From Calcarisporiella thermophila CBS 279.70 (taxonomy: Eukaryota; Fungi; Calcarisporiellomycota), in the NCBI RefSeq assembly GCF_041956535.1, contig NW_027192195.1:1116652-1180651 (forward strand): a DNA stretch of 64,000 bases. The letters run 5' to 3'. The translations under genes were made by a program, and so were the position numbers. Below the pieces are notes generated by a model. The model had not been told where the DNA came from, made no database searches, and saw nothing but the letters and a program-made list of their open reading frames with translations. How positions within the stretch are numbered: the stretch's first letter is position 1; each line of letters begins with the position of its first letter. Of the stretch, positions 1 to 13,761 are shown piece after piece.

Positions 1-86
1 GTATCCATTCTAAATAACCGAAGCTCGAATATAAAATGTTAGAAAGGCTCCCTCCCCCCCTCAGTGTACAACTTAAGTAGCCCAGC

Positions 87-1976
87 ATGCAACACGGTAG
101 CTATGTTAGAGAGAATTTCAACAAATATCATCGGATGGAATTTCGTCCTGACATTTCCCATCTCTCGGAAAACCATGTTGCTGCCTTGAAGATACTTGTG
201 CGCCTGGGAGCTCTGATGGAGAAGTTTTTGCTACGGCAAGTATGGAGCGAGAATGAGGCATTGTTAAAGAAATTGCAGGAAAGGAATGACCAAGACGAAC
301 TAGCCTATTTTAAGTTTCACATGGTCTGTAGCGGCAAGGCCTGAAGTGGGCATTGAATCCGACTAATGTGTCATTAGGGACCATGGGAGATATCCCCGGA
401 GGTTAAAGCGTGGAGGGACGATGTTCCGCCCAGCCCTCCCAAGGGTGCCAATTTCTATCCTGAAGACATGACCACAGAGGAATTTGACACCTGGGTAGCC
501 ACTCTCACCGAGGAGGAGCGAAGAAAAGCCAAAGGCCCTTTCCATGTCATCAGGCGTGGAGCCGATGGTAGGCTGCTTGCTGTCTCTTACGCAGAAGCAT
601 ATGCCGATATCCTTGGCCCCGCCTCTAACTTGCTTGAGGAGGCTGCTGAGTTGATAGAGGATGCTTCTCTAAAAACTTTCCTGCGGAAGCTGGCGGCTGC
701 TTTCCTGAATAACGATTTCCATTCTGCCGAAATAGCAGGAATGAAGGTGTCGCCCCAGGCGCCGTTCGAGATTAATTGCATTCCCAAATCGGTGAGTCAG
801 CTTCCGGGTGTCTACCACTAATTTGCAATGGTTAACTTGCAGATCAACGGATAGCCTTATTTAGACCGTTTATATGGCACAAAAGGTGTCATTTCATTTA
901 GCGTACTAGTGAATGATCTTGAGGTAACAAGATCACTCAAAAAATATGTAAGCTGCCAGCAAATCGTGGAAAAATTTCTTCCCATTCCGGACGCGTACAA
1001 AAATCCTCGCCCGATAAAAGCTAAATGTTATGGCGGCGAATATGCTCGTGTATAAGGGTAACATCTTCAATTTATTCCTCCTATTGAACGGGGCACTGGA
1101 TAGTAAACGTCTTTTTGAAAAAGATTCTTCCATGTGCGTTGCATATCATGAAGAGCCTCATGAACAGGCCGACGAGAATTTGCCGTCTCGTCTCGTACTG
1201 ATTAAAAACTGCCTGGAGGCCGCCTTTGACAAGCTTGCCAAGGTGGCCGAGGTCATCCTTGTGGCAGAGCAGAGCAGCTTATTGAAATTCCTCGCCTACT
1301 TCCTGTTCGTGCTAATGCACGAGGTGGGTCACGCTAATGGACCTCAATATATTGCTGGTAGCGCACGGGTGAAGATTGCAGAGAAGCTTAGAGATCTTCA
1401 TACCTCGCTTGATGAAGCAAAAGCAGGTAGGTATCTTGTTAAAAATGGACAAGTGGCTAGGAAATTGAACGTTGAGAGGTTATGATTAGATGTGTCTGGC
1501 ATGTTTGGAGTCAAGGTGCTGATCCAACAAGGTGTTATCACTGAAGCAAGCTACGAGGAAATGACCATCGCTTATACCGTCTGCATTATCACTAGGTATA
1601 TTCACTCTTACTCACTCGCCACGCCGGCTGACTCTGACAACCCTTTTTGTATAGCACTCTACTTGGGCCTGACTTTGCCCGTGGACTGGGTGCCATCATT
1701 GAGTTGAATTATCACATGCAGCACGACGCAATTATCTGGGATAGCGGGGCCAAGCGCTTTTCCATCCATTTCGAAAGGCTCTCCCACTCAGTTGAAAGCT
1801 TGGTGCGAGATCTGATGACTATGCAAGCAGAAGGGGATTTAGAGGCCGCGCGAGCCTTTGTCTCTAAATATGGTGCCAAAGTAGCTCCTCTAGAGCAGGA
1901 AATGGAAATGATAAAAAAAAACTGCAAAGAAATTTGGCCCGTTTTTCCCCTGGAGACGGAGCTGCTTCATGGATGA
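87..1976 (+). CDS. Peptidase M49 / atypical dipeptidyl-peptidase III-like zinc hydrolase (resembles the peptidase part of plant NUDT3 and bacterial homologs), multi-exon; one apparent frameshift near 1015-1030
   Basis: Spliced translation gives GPW, PKGANFYPEDMT, SYAEAY..L..A..LL.EAA, LPIPDAYKN, HEVGH zinc motif (1318-1332), DEAKAD and GD...A..F..KYG. The exon from 855 and the ORF from 1030 are in different frames. Confidence 0.75.
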
Positions 1977-2233
1977 AACATCCACCCCGCTCTCTTTTTA
2001 ATACTCTATTTGTAGGATATTATTATTATTGGAATTTATTCTTATGTAAAGGACCCAACTGTCCAGGGCCTGAATAAATATGAGCCCTATGTCCTGGATG
2101 TGCTCTGACAGTTTAAAAAACCAAAATATAGAGTAACCCACAACCCAAAGGCACGACCATTTTGTATATTATTGTGCATGAAAGCAAGATTAGCGGAGTT
2201 GAACCAACATGCATTCCCCTTAGCGTTAAAACT

Positions 2234-5206
2234 CTAAATCACCCATTCCTTGGTCACCACATCTATGTACGCGGCCGTCACATCCTCGCGTAGCTCCCGT
2301 TTAACCCTTTGCAATACTGCATTCCCTGCTCTGTCGCCTAGCGCCGAAAGGTTCAATTTGAGCTTCCAGGTCTCCCGCTCCTCAAGCGGAACATAATCAG
2401 GCACGCGCACCGACAAATCGAGACGCCACGTGTTAGTGTGGCCATGCCCAGCCACATGTCGGATAACGTACCAATGACCATCCGCTTCATTGCCTTTGGC
2501 CTCCACCAGAGCGGCGCGGGGCTTCTCCTTGGACTGGGCAAGGGGATCGGGGGCGACGTGTGGAAGTTCATCCTGGATCGACCAATCCAAAACGTGTGCG
2601 CGGAAACCAAGCACACTCCATGTGTAATCCCCTAACTCGGCCACGAGTGTTAGGTGTCGCACGTGACGGGTGGCATCGTAGCTGGAGTTGAACGAGTAAA
2701 GGTGTGGAATTTTGGGGGGAGGCGTGGCGTTGGAAGAGGCGAGCGGGAAGCGGTAGGATTCAATAAAGCTGGAGAGTGGGAACGAGATTTGCCAGTCGGC
2801 CGAGGCCGCTTGGGGCTCGCGTAGCTCTCCCTCAGAGAGGGACACCTGCTTCAATACGTCCAAGACGTCCCCCTTATCGTGCGAAAAGGGGGCGGCATCG
2901 GATCTTGCGATATGTAGACTAGCCTCGCCACTGGTGGCATTTACTAGGTGCTGTATGTAGACCTTTCTGGGATGCAAGGCATCGAATGGGGCGCCTCGTA
3001 GGGTGGCAAATACTAAGATTGCGATGAGGATCCACCCACTCAGGAGCACCAAGACTCGACGGGTCGTGTTCCGACCGTGGCGAAGCGAAAAGGCTGGTAG
3101 CAGCGGCGCTAAGACCCATGTAAGCCACCCAAAGACCGAGGCAATGACATGATCGGCCGGCGAATGTGCACCCACTCTTCCCATTAGCGGAACAAGCATA
3201 TCCACCAACATCAGGCCATAATAGATGCCAATGCTGGAGATAAATGCAAAGCCAACCACATACACCCATAGGCCAATCGAATTTCGCGTTCTCCACTTCT
3301 TGCTTCCCACTCCATTCCGTGCCTCATTCAACCCAATCAGCAAGACAAAAAGAAGAGACACCAGCCAGGGCCCGAATGCGCTAGGGATCCTGTACGCGGA
3401 CATGAGCAGGGCCCATAAATTATACACACCAGCTACCCCAATCAGGGTGACATGTTCAGCCGACAGCAGCCCAAAGGCCCCCCACTGATCCGCCAGGTAC
3501 TGAACTCCTATGGAGCCGAGCGCAGAAGCCGGCGCGAACAAAACCCATCCGTACCACTCGCGTGAATACCATGTCATCGGTTTACCCATCTGTACCATGG
3601 CCAAGGCAACCAGGTTCGGTACGATTATGGCAGCGATGGCCCCCAAAATGAAGGTGGCCATGGCCACGCAATACGTGGAAAAGGTTGAGAGGAATGGCAA
3701 CTTCTGACGCCGCACGATGTGAATGAAGAGCCCAAGGGAGACCAGGTGGGTGGCTAGATGCAAGCGAGACGCTATGCTCCAGGGATAGTCAATGAACGCC
3801 AGCCCAAAAATATCGAAGAAAACTAAATCGGAAACTGGTTCCACCTTCGTGAGAGAAGTCGCGGTCAGCTGCTCGACAAGGGCAAGCGTGTTCTCGCCCA
3901 TATGCTAAGGAAGATGTGGAATGGAACGGGTAAGGGCGGGGAGGAGGAAAAACAACGAAACCAGGGGTGTGTACCTGAAGTGTTCCAGGAGCAATGTGGG
4001 CTATAGTGTCGAGTTGGGTGTGGTAGAGATACGAGTTTTTGTAAAGAGCCATATCGAGTCCGGTTAAGTTGCCGTAGTGGACAAATTGACGGAAATCGGT
4101 GTCCGATAAAATGATCCCAGTGCGGAACACGTCATTTGCCTGTGCGGAAAGAGAGGATTAGAAATGGGAGGTTATCTCGATCCTCTGAGGGCGCGTTAAC
4201 CGCCTGCGGAGCCTACCAGCACATTCCCATGCGGATAGGGCACCTTTCGATAGGCCTCCACCACCTGCTTCGAATTCGCTTGGAAGAGAACCTCGCTTCC
4301 CGTGGTTCCACACGCCTCCAAATTCACCACTGCCCGAACCGTCTCAGCCAGCCCGTACTTTGTCACAAATGCATGGGATGCATCCTGAAGAGATTCCTCT
4401 GCGCCGTTAAACAAAAATACCGCGGCGTTTTGGCCGCCCCAACTCGGTCGCCGGCTCAAGACACGAATGATTTCGAGCATCACCGCAATCCCTGCGCCGT
4501 CGTCTGCCGCGCCAGGCGAGCCTATCATGGAGTCGTAGTGCGCGTTCAGTAGCACCGCATTTTTATTGCATTCTTCGCCGCAGGACATGCGAACAATGAT
4601 ATTGGTCACATTCGTGTACATTTTGAGCACCACTATAAACACAAAGTCATTCATGAGTAGAGTTAGAGAACTCGGAGGCAAGGAGGGCGGCTAAGAAGTG
4701 GTCCATAATTACTATGATGCATAAAGTCAAAGCGATGCGTTCCCGATTCCTCCTGCACGAAAACATCGAACTTCGTATTGGCTGAAAGCTGATACTCGCG
4801 TAGGCGGGAGAGGAGATATTGTTTGGCGCGCCCTTCTTCCGCCGTCCCGACAATTCCTGAAAAATATTGAAAATGGTATAGACACGTCTGGAAAATTGCG
4901 CGAGAGAGCGAAATTCATTCCAACGCATAAATGGATTCATCTTCAGAACTTACGTTCTCCTATTTCCTCCGCCAAGTACGTGACCGTCTCTCTCGCATTC
5001 AACTCGGAGAATCCCTCCGAATCCTCCTTTAGCACCGGCTCTGGTAAACGGTAATGCATATAAGAGCCAAACCATACTGCCAAAAACACAGTAATCAAGA
5101 TAATAATGTAGGAGCGCAGCGGGGAGGATGCATCCTCGGGGGGAGATTTGGACGATGTCGGTGAAGCGAGAGGGGATGAGTTAGAATGGACTCGTTTGCG
5201 TAGCAT
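2234..5206 (-). CDS. ER membrane metallopeptidase, M28 family (ERMP1-like), multi-exon
   Basis: LLNAHYDS, SPGAADDG, FLFNGAEE, VNLEACG, SDTDFRQF, GLDMA and YHT motifs, followed by a multi-TM region. Confidence 0.92.
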
Positions 5207-6910
5207 ATAGTCAAGGGGAAAGGGTGAGGGAGGGGATTGGGGGGAGTAGCAGGCGATGAGGCGATCGGGAAATCGAAGAGTTAAGAAACAAAGAAAGCCC
5301 AAGCTACTAAAGTTGGCATATGAAAGTTCTAATGAGAGAAGCTTTGTCTCCTCGTTGAAATTGTCCTAACGCGGTAATGTACGGGTTTTGGAGTACCGTT
5401 ATGGAAAACTTTAATACTGGGCCTAATTGCCGACGCGGCCGCAAAGAGAGTTTGCAGCTGCGTCCACAGTTCCACGCATCCTCGGCCTTTCCCCTTAGCA
5501 ACAGCCATGCCCTAGATAGGAAGTTTCGATTCAATTCGTGGGGAAACTTGGCTGCACTTGAACCATCTCAGTTTTCCGGCGGGCGGACCGCATTGGTGCT
5601 CCGCGATACAGTAAGATCCTGATCCCTTGGGAGCTTATGTATCGGGGCCTAGCCCGCGGGTGTTCTTTCATGAAGAAGGCTCGATCGTCGACGCGATAAA
5701 GGATGCATCCAAAGTTCTGTATGCTGAGGATGCAGAAGGGCCGGGCAAAGGGATCTAGCTTGGAGCCAAAGGGGCCCCAACTTGCTGGCCTTTGTGCCCC
5801 GACTTTGCAAAGGCTCGTGGAGCTTATTCTACCCCACTGTACCGGGCTTGACCTTACCATTATGAGAGTAACCATAGGCTGCCTGTGGATGGTTCGCCAT
5901 CGTCATTGCATCTCTGTGCTCATTTGTAGTAGGCACAAGTGCCACCCGGTACTACCGATAAACTACGATCAATAGAAGTCCGAGGATGTGCTAATCGTGA
6001 ACAGTGTCCGCCGAATGTCCAGTGCAATTGCAAGAGTGCGCTCTGATTTCCGGCTCCTGACCGGGAGTAAGCATTTCCTTTGTGAGTTACGTACTGGTTC
6101 AGACAGAATGCCTCTATGGAACAAAGTTTACACGTTCATGTGTAAAGGAGCTTATGCCTATAGGGAAATCCCTAGCTCTAAGCATTTCTCTGTATTATAT
6201 CATTTGGGTTAAAAAAAAATCATGAGATAATCTTTGGTTGATTCGCAGTCGATGTTCTGAAATCACGGAATCTTCACCATCAACCCTGGCATTTCTTAAG
6301 CGTCTTACTATCCCATCCTTGATGGGCAACGGATATTAATGAAATAAAGAGACGATTAATTGTCCATAGTTCTTTGTGCCTTCTTAATGCTTAGCCGTAC
6401 CAGCCACAGCACTCAAGCTACCCTGCAGCTCATCTGGAGCATATTGGGGAAGGAGGTCAGTCGAGACGGGCCGCAACCAAGTTGATGAGCGCGACCAACT
6501 CCATATAGATTAATTTCGTGTTATTCACAAACATGTGCCCCGATGGAGTATAGGACGGATGTGCTTGCTTGCTGGCCAACCAGCGCCCGCGCTCAGGATG
6601 ACCGATGGAAGCCACTAGGCCGACAAGAGAGAGACTATCCCTCTTTGTCTTTATGGCTCGATGCTCCCCGCCTATCCTCAGCACCATCCTAGTTTCAAAA
6701 ATGCCCGAGACTCCTGGGTTTTGATTAAAATAGGATGGCCGCGCATTTCCCTGCGGAGCTCTGTGATTGGCTGCCCCTAACTTAGTTTCCGTTCCAATTC
6801 GCCCCATGATTGAGGCTGCTAGGGTTAGATAGCAAGGCCAAGGGGAACTTGCTTAGTTTTCCTTCACTTTCCCCCTCCCCTTTCCATCCTTTAGATAGAG
6901 TAGAGCCAGC

Positions 6911-8187
6911 ATGTCGAAGGAGGACGCTAAAGAATTTAAAGTCGCCTTCCCGGCAGATAATTCCTCTCCTCTCCCCCCATCACAGCTGCAGCAGCAAAAG
7001 CGAAGCGCCTGGGTAGATGCATCGCTCCCGATCTTCTGCCAATGTGCAGCAAGCATCTTGATGACCGTGACAAACAAATATGTTGTTTCGGGAACCGATT
7101 TCAATATGAACTTCTTTCTTCTGGCTGTGCAGGTGTGCTAACCTTTTGCCTCATCTTTCTCGAATGTTGCTTGATGCTGATCCCGCGATCAAGTCTATTG
7201 TAACAGTGTTTCTACTAGAGCTGTTCAAGCGTGTATCTCTGATCCAGTATCGTCCGTACAGCCACGAGGAAGCCAAGAGCTGGTTCCCGGTCACTGCGCT
7301 GCTGGTTGCCATGATTTACACCGGGAGCAAGGCTCTCCAGTACTTCCCGATCCCCATCTATACCATCTTTAAAAACATCACCATTATCCTTATAGCATAT
7401 GGAGAGGTGGTCTGGTTCGGGGGCAAAGTGACGCAGTTGATGCTGGCCTCTTTCGGGCTGATGGTTGGTTTTCCAGCGTTGCAATGAAGATCTCCGTGCT
7501 CGATCCTTAGTCAATGACTTGCTATTGTTATCTGCTAGGTCCTGTCGTCCGTGATTGCAGGGTGGTCGGATGTCGCCGAGATGCTCTCGCAGAACATTGT
7601 GCGCATCGATCTCCTCGCTGGCTATCTGTGGATGTATGCCAACTGCTTTTCCACGGCGGCTTTTGTCCTCTATATGCGCAAGCGTATCAAGCTGACGAAC
7701 TTTAAGGATTTCGACACGGCCTTTTACAACAATTTACTCAGCATCCCGCTGCTGGTGGTCTTGACTTTGATCTTCGAGGACTGGAGCGAGGAGGGTTTGG
7801 CGCGCAATTTGTAAGTGATTTCTCCCCTGTTTTGAGGTATCTCCTGATTCACGAGCTAAGCCGGGATTTGCTTTCAGCCCCGAGGAGTCCAAGAACTGGC
7901 TCTACATCGCCATGATCCTCTCGGGCACGACCGCCTTTGCGATTTCGTACACGAGCGCCTGGTGTGTGCGGGTGACCTCGTCCACCACCTACAGCATGGT
8001 GGGTGCCCTCAACAAGCTGCCTGTTGCCGTGAGCGGGATGGTGTTCTTCGGTGATCCCGTCACCGTGCAAAGCGTGAGCGCAGTGAGCGTCGGGTTCACT
8101 GCTGGAGTGGTCTATGTGGTCGCCCAGGAGCAAAAGAAGAGGGCCGAAAAGAGTCAGCTCCCTCTGACCGAGAAGGAGGATAAATGA
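6911..8187 (+). CDS. VRG4: Golgi GDP-mannose transporter, multi-exon
   Basis: [51 protein letters not shown] (GALNK motif). Confidence 0.93.
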
Positions 8188-8609
8188 CGTGTACTTTTTT
8201 TCGTTTCTTCCCTGTACTCTATTCATTGGTATTTCTTCATTTCTTAACACCTTAGACCTTTTTCTTAACGAGGAGTTAGAGTTTCTGACGGAGGAGATCT
8301 GAGTGGTTTAGAAAGGAAATGGAAAATGCTCATGGCGCTGCTTATAGCGCGAAAATCAAAACCCATTGGGCCGAGTTTCTCAGCCCAGATGACGGTGGCT
8401 TGTGGTAATACAAGTCCTTGACATGTAAGAGAAAAAAAATCCGGAAAGGTTGCACCCCATATTCTATTGAATTTTTGGGGGGAAGGGAAATAAATAAGTG
8501 ATCGAGAGGATTCCAATTTTAATACTCCATCTCCTCTTCATTCGCGACTTTTTTTTGTGGAATTCCCCAGTGTATTTATGGCAGCCATTCTGCATTGCTC
8601 TGAATAATA

Positions 8610-9447
8610 ATGCCGTTCCAGCTTTTCCAGCGTTTCCGACGCAATCATGCTCTTGAATGCATCGCCCACCTCGACATCCAATCCCTTACCCGGCTTCCTC
8701 TACTGAAGGGCCAATATTTCGTGGAATGGCGGCTGCTTGAAGGGGGAAGCACCTCCGCTCTCCTCAACACCGCATATCAAACGCGTGGGCAAACGAAGAG
8801 GGTCTCCCTGGAGAATTATTGTGCCCACTGGGATTCGCACCAGAAAACCATGATTCGGTTGGGCATAGGCGTGGATGGAGAGCTCCTGCCACTGCGCGCG
8901 CAATTCACGGTGACGCAGCTGGTTGAACGAGAAAAGCCGCAGGTAGCTAGTCTTGAGCTTGACATTAATGATCCTCGGATCCTTTTCCTCCATGGATATT
9001 TACATTCATTGCTTATTTTAGATCATTGGCCGTCTAATTCTCAACCTTGCTGAATACGTAATTTTGCATAAACAGCCCACCAAGTTGGATGAATCCCAGC
9101 CTCCCCGGAAATATCGCCTCGATCAGTGCTATTACCCGCGTGCCACTCTGCATCTCGGAATTCGTGTCGAGCAAGTTCCATCCTCCACCCCGCTCGCCTA
9201 CAAAGTCCCCCCGCTTAACCGACGGATGATTATACCCGACGAGCGTGATCTCGTTGAACTTTTGGGGCAGGAACGAGATATTATTGTGGCAGGAGGCAAG
9301 CGAATGAGGGCGAGAGAACTCGTCCATGATCGCTTATGGAGGACGTTCGCCGGCGAGGCAGCTGACGACGACCTCTGTCTTAGGGGTCATAAGGGCCTGG
9401 ATAAAAAGCGCTATGCACGACTCTCCTACGCGGAGAGCGCAATCTGA
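8610..9447 (+). CDS. EEIG1/EHBP1 N-terminal C2 (NT-C2) domain protein
   Basis: Beta-rich N-terminus (LDIQSL..LP...GQYFVEWRL, RGQT, AHW), then G...LNLAEYV after an intron and RYRL....ATLHLGI. Confidence 0.6.
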
Positions 9448-10095
9448 CACATCTCTTCTTTGATCGAACACGATCTCCCCTCTTCTTCTCTTCTGTCCAC
9501 GCCCCCCTTTCTCTCTCTGTCTCTTCAGACTTTTATTTTGTGCTTTACTATTGTGTAAATACGCTTTTATTCATCTTTTTTTCTTATATTTTCCTGCGAG
9601 TGTTCCGTCATGAATGCGTTTTTTTTTTTTGGTTATTTTATTTTCCTTTCTTTGCTATGTCCCTACTTCATCTTCCCATTTTGGTGTTTATGTATTTGCC
9701 TAGTTTTTTGCTGTTGGTTAACGTTTTTCTGCATTCTTTTTTCACCCAAAAGTTTCAAGAATATAGGTTGAAGAGAAAACCAATGAAGAAGAAAAGAGTC
9801 AATGGCTAGTGGGGGAGAGGGGAGAAGGGTCTGCTTCTTCGTAGTAAGAATCTGTGGGCAAGCGTGACAAAGGGTCCTGCGAGAGATTTGCGTCTCGGAA
9901 AAAAAAAACGTGAATAGACAATAATAACATTGAAGATAAGCAAGAGAAAAGAAATATCGACAAAAGAACGCGCAATACAGTCGGGAAAAATATGTATAAT
10001 TAAAAAAGGCCAGCGTATATACTACTATAAATACTAAATAAAGCTAAATAGGGGATTTGAAGACGGCTCTTCTACTATGGCTAGACTGCTCTAAT

Positions 10096-11520
10096 CTATA
10101 GAAATAGCATGCTCACGTTTGGCACGCCCAGCTCCGGCTTCTCGCTCACCACGCCAACGCTGTCATTCTTCACGCCATCCCAAGACTTGCATCGGTAAAA
10201 CCCACACTTGACGCCCCAAGCGTCCCTGCACACCCAGCAGAATCGGTGCCCACACTGCAAACAGTCCACTTTATTGCATCCGTCGTCGCGCTGGATCAGG
10301 ACAGAGCATCTTGGGCACGTACGACTATTCTCGAGCTTCCATCTTAGAGAGGCTAGATCGTCCTCGGAGGACGTGGGTGAGGAGAGGTTGGCGGCATGAA
10401 GGAGTTGCTGGTAGAGATAGGCTGAGCAGGTGAGCGAGAGATGATGGGTTGCAGCACCGCACTGTAGACAAAGAGGCTGGAGGCATTTCGTGCAGCTTGC
10501 CTGAGGAAAGGAGGAGATGTGCTTAAATTGAAGCTGCGTCCAAGTTTCCGGGTGTTGTTCAAGCGAAATAAGGCGGGAGGAGATGTGGTTCGCGGCTTTG
10601 ACGCACTCTCTTTCTCGCGCCAGGCCGCGCCGTAATAAGGAGGGCTCTTCCTCGCCCTTCACATCTCTACTCATTAGGGCGGATCTTATGCTTTAATAAC
10701 GAGCCGCATTTTTAGATACACAATAGAAAATCAAGGAAACTCCACCTGCAGACCACGCTGACCCATCGTCGTAATTCATCCGAGACGTAGCCATAGATAT
10801 CCTCCACTCTAGGTAATCCTGAGACTAGGTGGGCTCGGAAATCATCATTGAAGCGTGCGAGAAATGTATTCGCATGCTCCTCATCGGCATGATCGTCGGT
10901 GTAAATGACAAAGAAACTATAGAGCAACTCTGCGATTTCATTGAAGCAACTAACAATGGCTCCAAGTTAGCTCTCATCGAATGGTTTCTTCCAGTGGTAA
11001 GTATTTTATTCACCGCTCACGGTCCCCGTGATACACTTGTGCTGCTGGCACTACATTGGCGCATACCTGGCAGTAGCGTTGGCATGCGCGAAACGGCTGA
11101 TTGTACTTATTGTATGTCTCGACAACCGAAATGTCAACGTACTGGTACAGCAGCCACATTAGGATGAGTCCTTCACCAGTCATTCATGTAACATGGGAAA
11201 AAAAACTTTATTACCTGGCTCCATTCATGAGTTGGGATGATGTCTTGACAAACGGGACAGGTAATTTTGGAAATACCAAGTCCCCATGAACTGGAAACCA
11301 CCTCAGTGAAATATCTAAGCCCATGGACCAGGACGCCAAGAATAATTCAGTCAAGCTGAAAATGACACCCCCAGCACAAATCCTCTTTATACCTTGTAAT
11401 ACATCGATGGCAGAATTGGTCTTTGCAGCTCCGCAATGTCATGCTGCAATTCCGCTCGAAACAGATGGAGCAGAGCTCCCGGAAGTCTTCCCATTCAGCT
11501 TTGTATTCGTATTCAGGCAT
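10096..11520 (-). CDS. RBR (RING-IBR-RING) E3 ubiquitin ligase, multi-exon
   Basis: RING1 CSICFE...CKDQFCHRC..CPVC; IBR CTKC...CLQC...HH..TC; RING2 CPRC...IQRDDGCNKVDCLQCGHRFCWVC. ATG at 11520. Confidence 0.85.
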
Positions 11521-11863
11521 TTTAGTAACTATCTTTATTCACTCCAGGGAAAAAAATGTAATGAAATATATATTGGGGTTGAGCCAGCTGTATGCAAACA
11601 GAAGTATTATAGGGCGAGTAAGTGGTATAGTAAGAATGATGAATCTTCTAACTGGAGAATGGGAGATGTAGAGAGATAAAGCAAAAAGGAACTTGTGTTC
11701 TAGCCGCATTGGAAAGAGTGGCAAAAATATTGGACCAGATCACGCGGGTCTCAACTCACGTGGCTTTGTTCGTCATCGACACTTCATTTTACGTAGAGAA
11801 ACAATGAGGAGAGATGAGTTAGATTTCTGGCAAATATAGATTACTTGTTGGCTGCCGATCAAC

Positions 11864-12130
11864 ATGGTCAGCAGGCTGGCCTTCCATTCCACCTGTCGCC
11901 TCTTTTCAATGGATCGGAGGCAAATGATTTCGATTAAACCATCATGTCCCGACATTGAAAGGCAAAATGCAAATGAAAAGTATGCCATATATCGCATCGA
12001 TGATAACGGACGCGAATATCGCCTCTTCTCGAACACCTACACCTCATATACGGAAGCCCAAAAAGAAGCTAATCAATGGGCACAGCGAGGCCATAAACAA
12101 TACTATTTTGTAAAGAAAGTCTCTTCGTAA
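11864..12130 (+). CDS. Small intronless protein with a bacterial-type RxDDNG...A...RGHKQxYxV motif
   Basis: 88-aa ORF. YRIDDNGREY...EAQKEA...RGHKQYYFV resembles, from recall, small bacterial proteins often annotated as SPOR-domain-like. Confidence 0.6.
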   Translation: MVSRLAFHSTCRLFSMDRRQMISIKPSCPDIERQNANEKYAIYRIDDNGREYRLFSNTYTSYTEAQKEANQWAQRGHKQYYFVKKVSS

Positions 12131-12728
12131 GGTCGAAGCAATGTGCTGCCGTAACACTGGCAGTGTTTTTGTAAATATTTCCACAGAATTCATTTCAACA
12201 AACGCGCCATTTATCTGTAACATAAACCCTTTATTTAAATGGTTTTTATATTCATTAACCAGCTGCATTTCATAGCGGCTTATGAGCTTCCTAAAAATCA
12301 AAAGACACGAACTTAATTAGTAAAGAGGATTCTAACCAATTCAGTTAGATGGTTTTATATCATTTTCAGAGAGATTTTATCTCATAGAGGGATATTTCCT
12401 CTTCGAAGAGCTGGGTTAGAGCAAAATGTTCTCATCATGATGATATAGGAAATTCTGAAACGAAAATAAAAGGAAACTTACATTAGGTTTCCTTTCCGGA
12501 AAATTGGCGCGGTAAAAAGTAAGAAAAGGGGATATATATGAGAATGAAGTGAAATAACTAACAAAGAAAAGGAAAAGTGTTAAATGATATAAACAGTTCG
12601 AGTTCGCTCTTTTATATTCGCAGTAGAAGTAAATAATACCTCGAAGTGAGACGTCATCCTTATTGGGCCGTCACAAATGTACATACGATTTTGCCACATT
12701 GACCTTGTTTACTCGACTGCCTATTACC

Positions 12729-13281
12729 ATGGCCTCAACGGAAGAAATGCAAGCCAATGAGCAGGGAGATCTCGACACCCTAGTAGAACTTGAGAACATG
12801 TACTATATGACTTGACTTCCATTAAGTAGCATACGAGTTCATTTTTCGCCTTTTAGGTTTATGGAGCAAGGCAGAGATGAAGGTTTCGAGGCTGGAGAAC
12901 GAGCAGGAGTAATCGAGGGCCAGGTATTTGGGTGTGAGAAGGGATATGAACTGGCACTTGAGGTTGGTTACTATGCCGGGTGTATGGAAGCTTGGCAATT
13001 AGCTGCATCGCAACACCCTAGCAAATTTTCCCCAAGGTAATGGATCAATGGTTCATACTAGGATTACGGCTAAATAAGCTAATCTAGATACATTGTACAG
13101 AACTCTTAAAGCGTTGTCATCTCTGAATGCGGCCATCGAAGCTTTTCCAAAGGAAAATAATCTGGATGTAGATTTCATGGAATTGGTAGAGAAAATACGA
13201 GCGCGATTTAAAGTGCTCATGTCTTTACTGGGGTCTCAACAGCGGTTCAAGGAGGAGAAAGAAAAGGGGATTAGCTATTGA
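12729..13281 (+). CDS. LTO1: Yae1/Lto1 family Fe-S cluster targeting protein (LTO1/ORAOV1-like), 3 exons
   Basis: LE..F.EQG..EG...G..AG..EG...G.EKG....EVGYY.G deca-GX3 motif; C-terminal KIRARFK.L.S.LG. Confidence 0.8.
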
Positions 13282-13761
13282 CGAAGAGGCCCGATATTTT
13301 ATGATGGTATCTTTCTAGATTGTTTATTATCTTGTAATATAGTAAAGTATATCCTATGTGTCCTACTATTGGTGAATCGTAAAGTTTATGGTTTCCATAT
13401 GAATGGATATTGAGGTGCTTGGGAAAGCATCCGGGCACCCTCTCGAACGGTTGGAGTTAATAAATTTCTCCTATCCAAGTAGATTTTGCACTATTGAGAC
13501 TCTTTCTCATGAAGTATCTATGGAATTTAATATCAACATTCTTTGCATCTGAAAATTGGTACCGCACTGTCATATCAAATTGAAACGGTCTATTCTTTCT
13601 TTTTTTTTGGCACCTTATTTAATTTCAACCTTTCTCGCATACAACACACACACACGCTCATACATTCAATACACATTCAATTTTGCTTTTCGTACGCATA
13701 GCTCGTTGTCCTTTCTTGTTCTTCCCTTACACCCTTTCCCTCTTTGTGCAATAACTCTTTG

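Noticed and set aside
608-616. ATATCCTT as a U12 intron donor (also near 39760)
   Set aside because: Lies inside a continuous coding frame that needs no intron.
843-854. In-frame TAG in the M49-like gene
   Set aside because: Using the AG at 853-854 as splice acceptor removes it and gives a gap-free match to the family pattern.
5307-6807. Short ORFs between the ERMP1-like gene and VRG4
   Set aside because: No recognisable motifs or coherent splice model.
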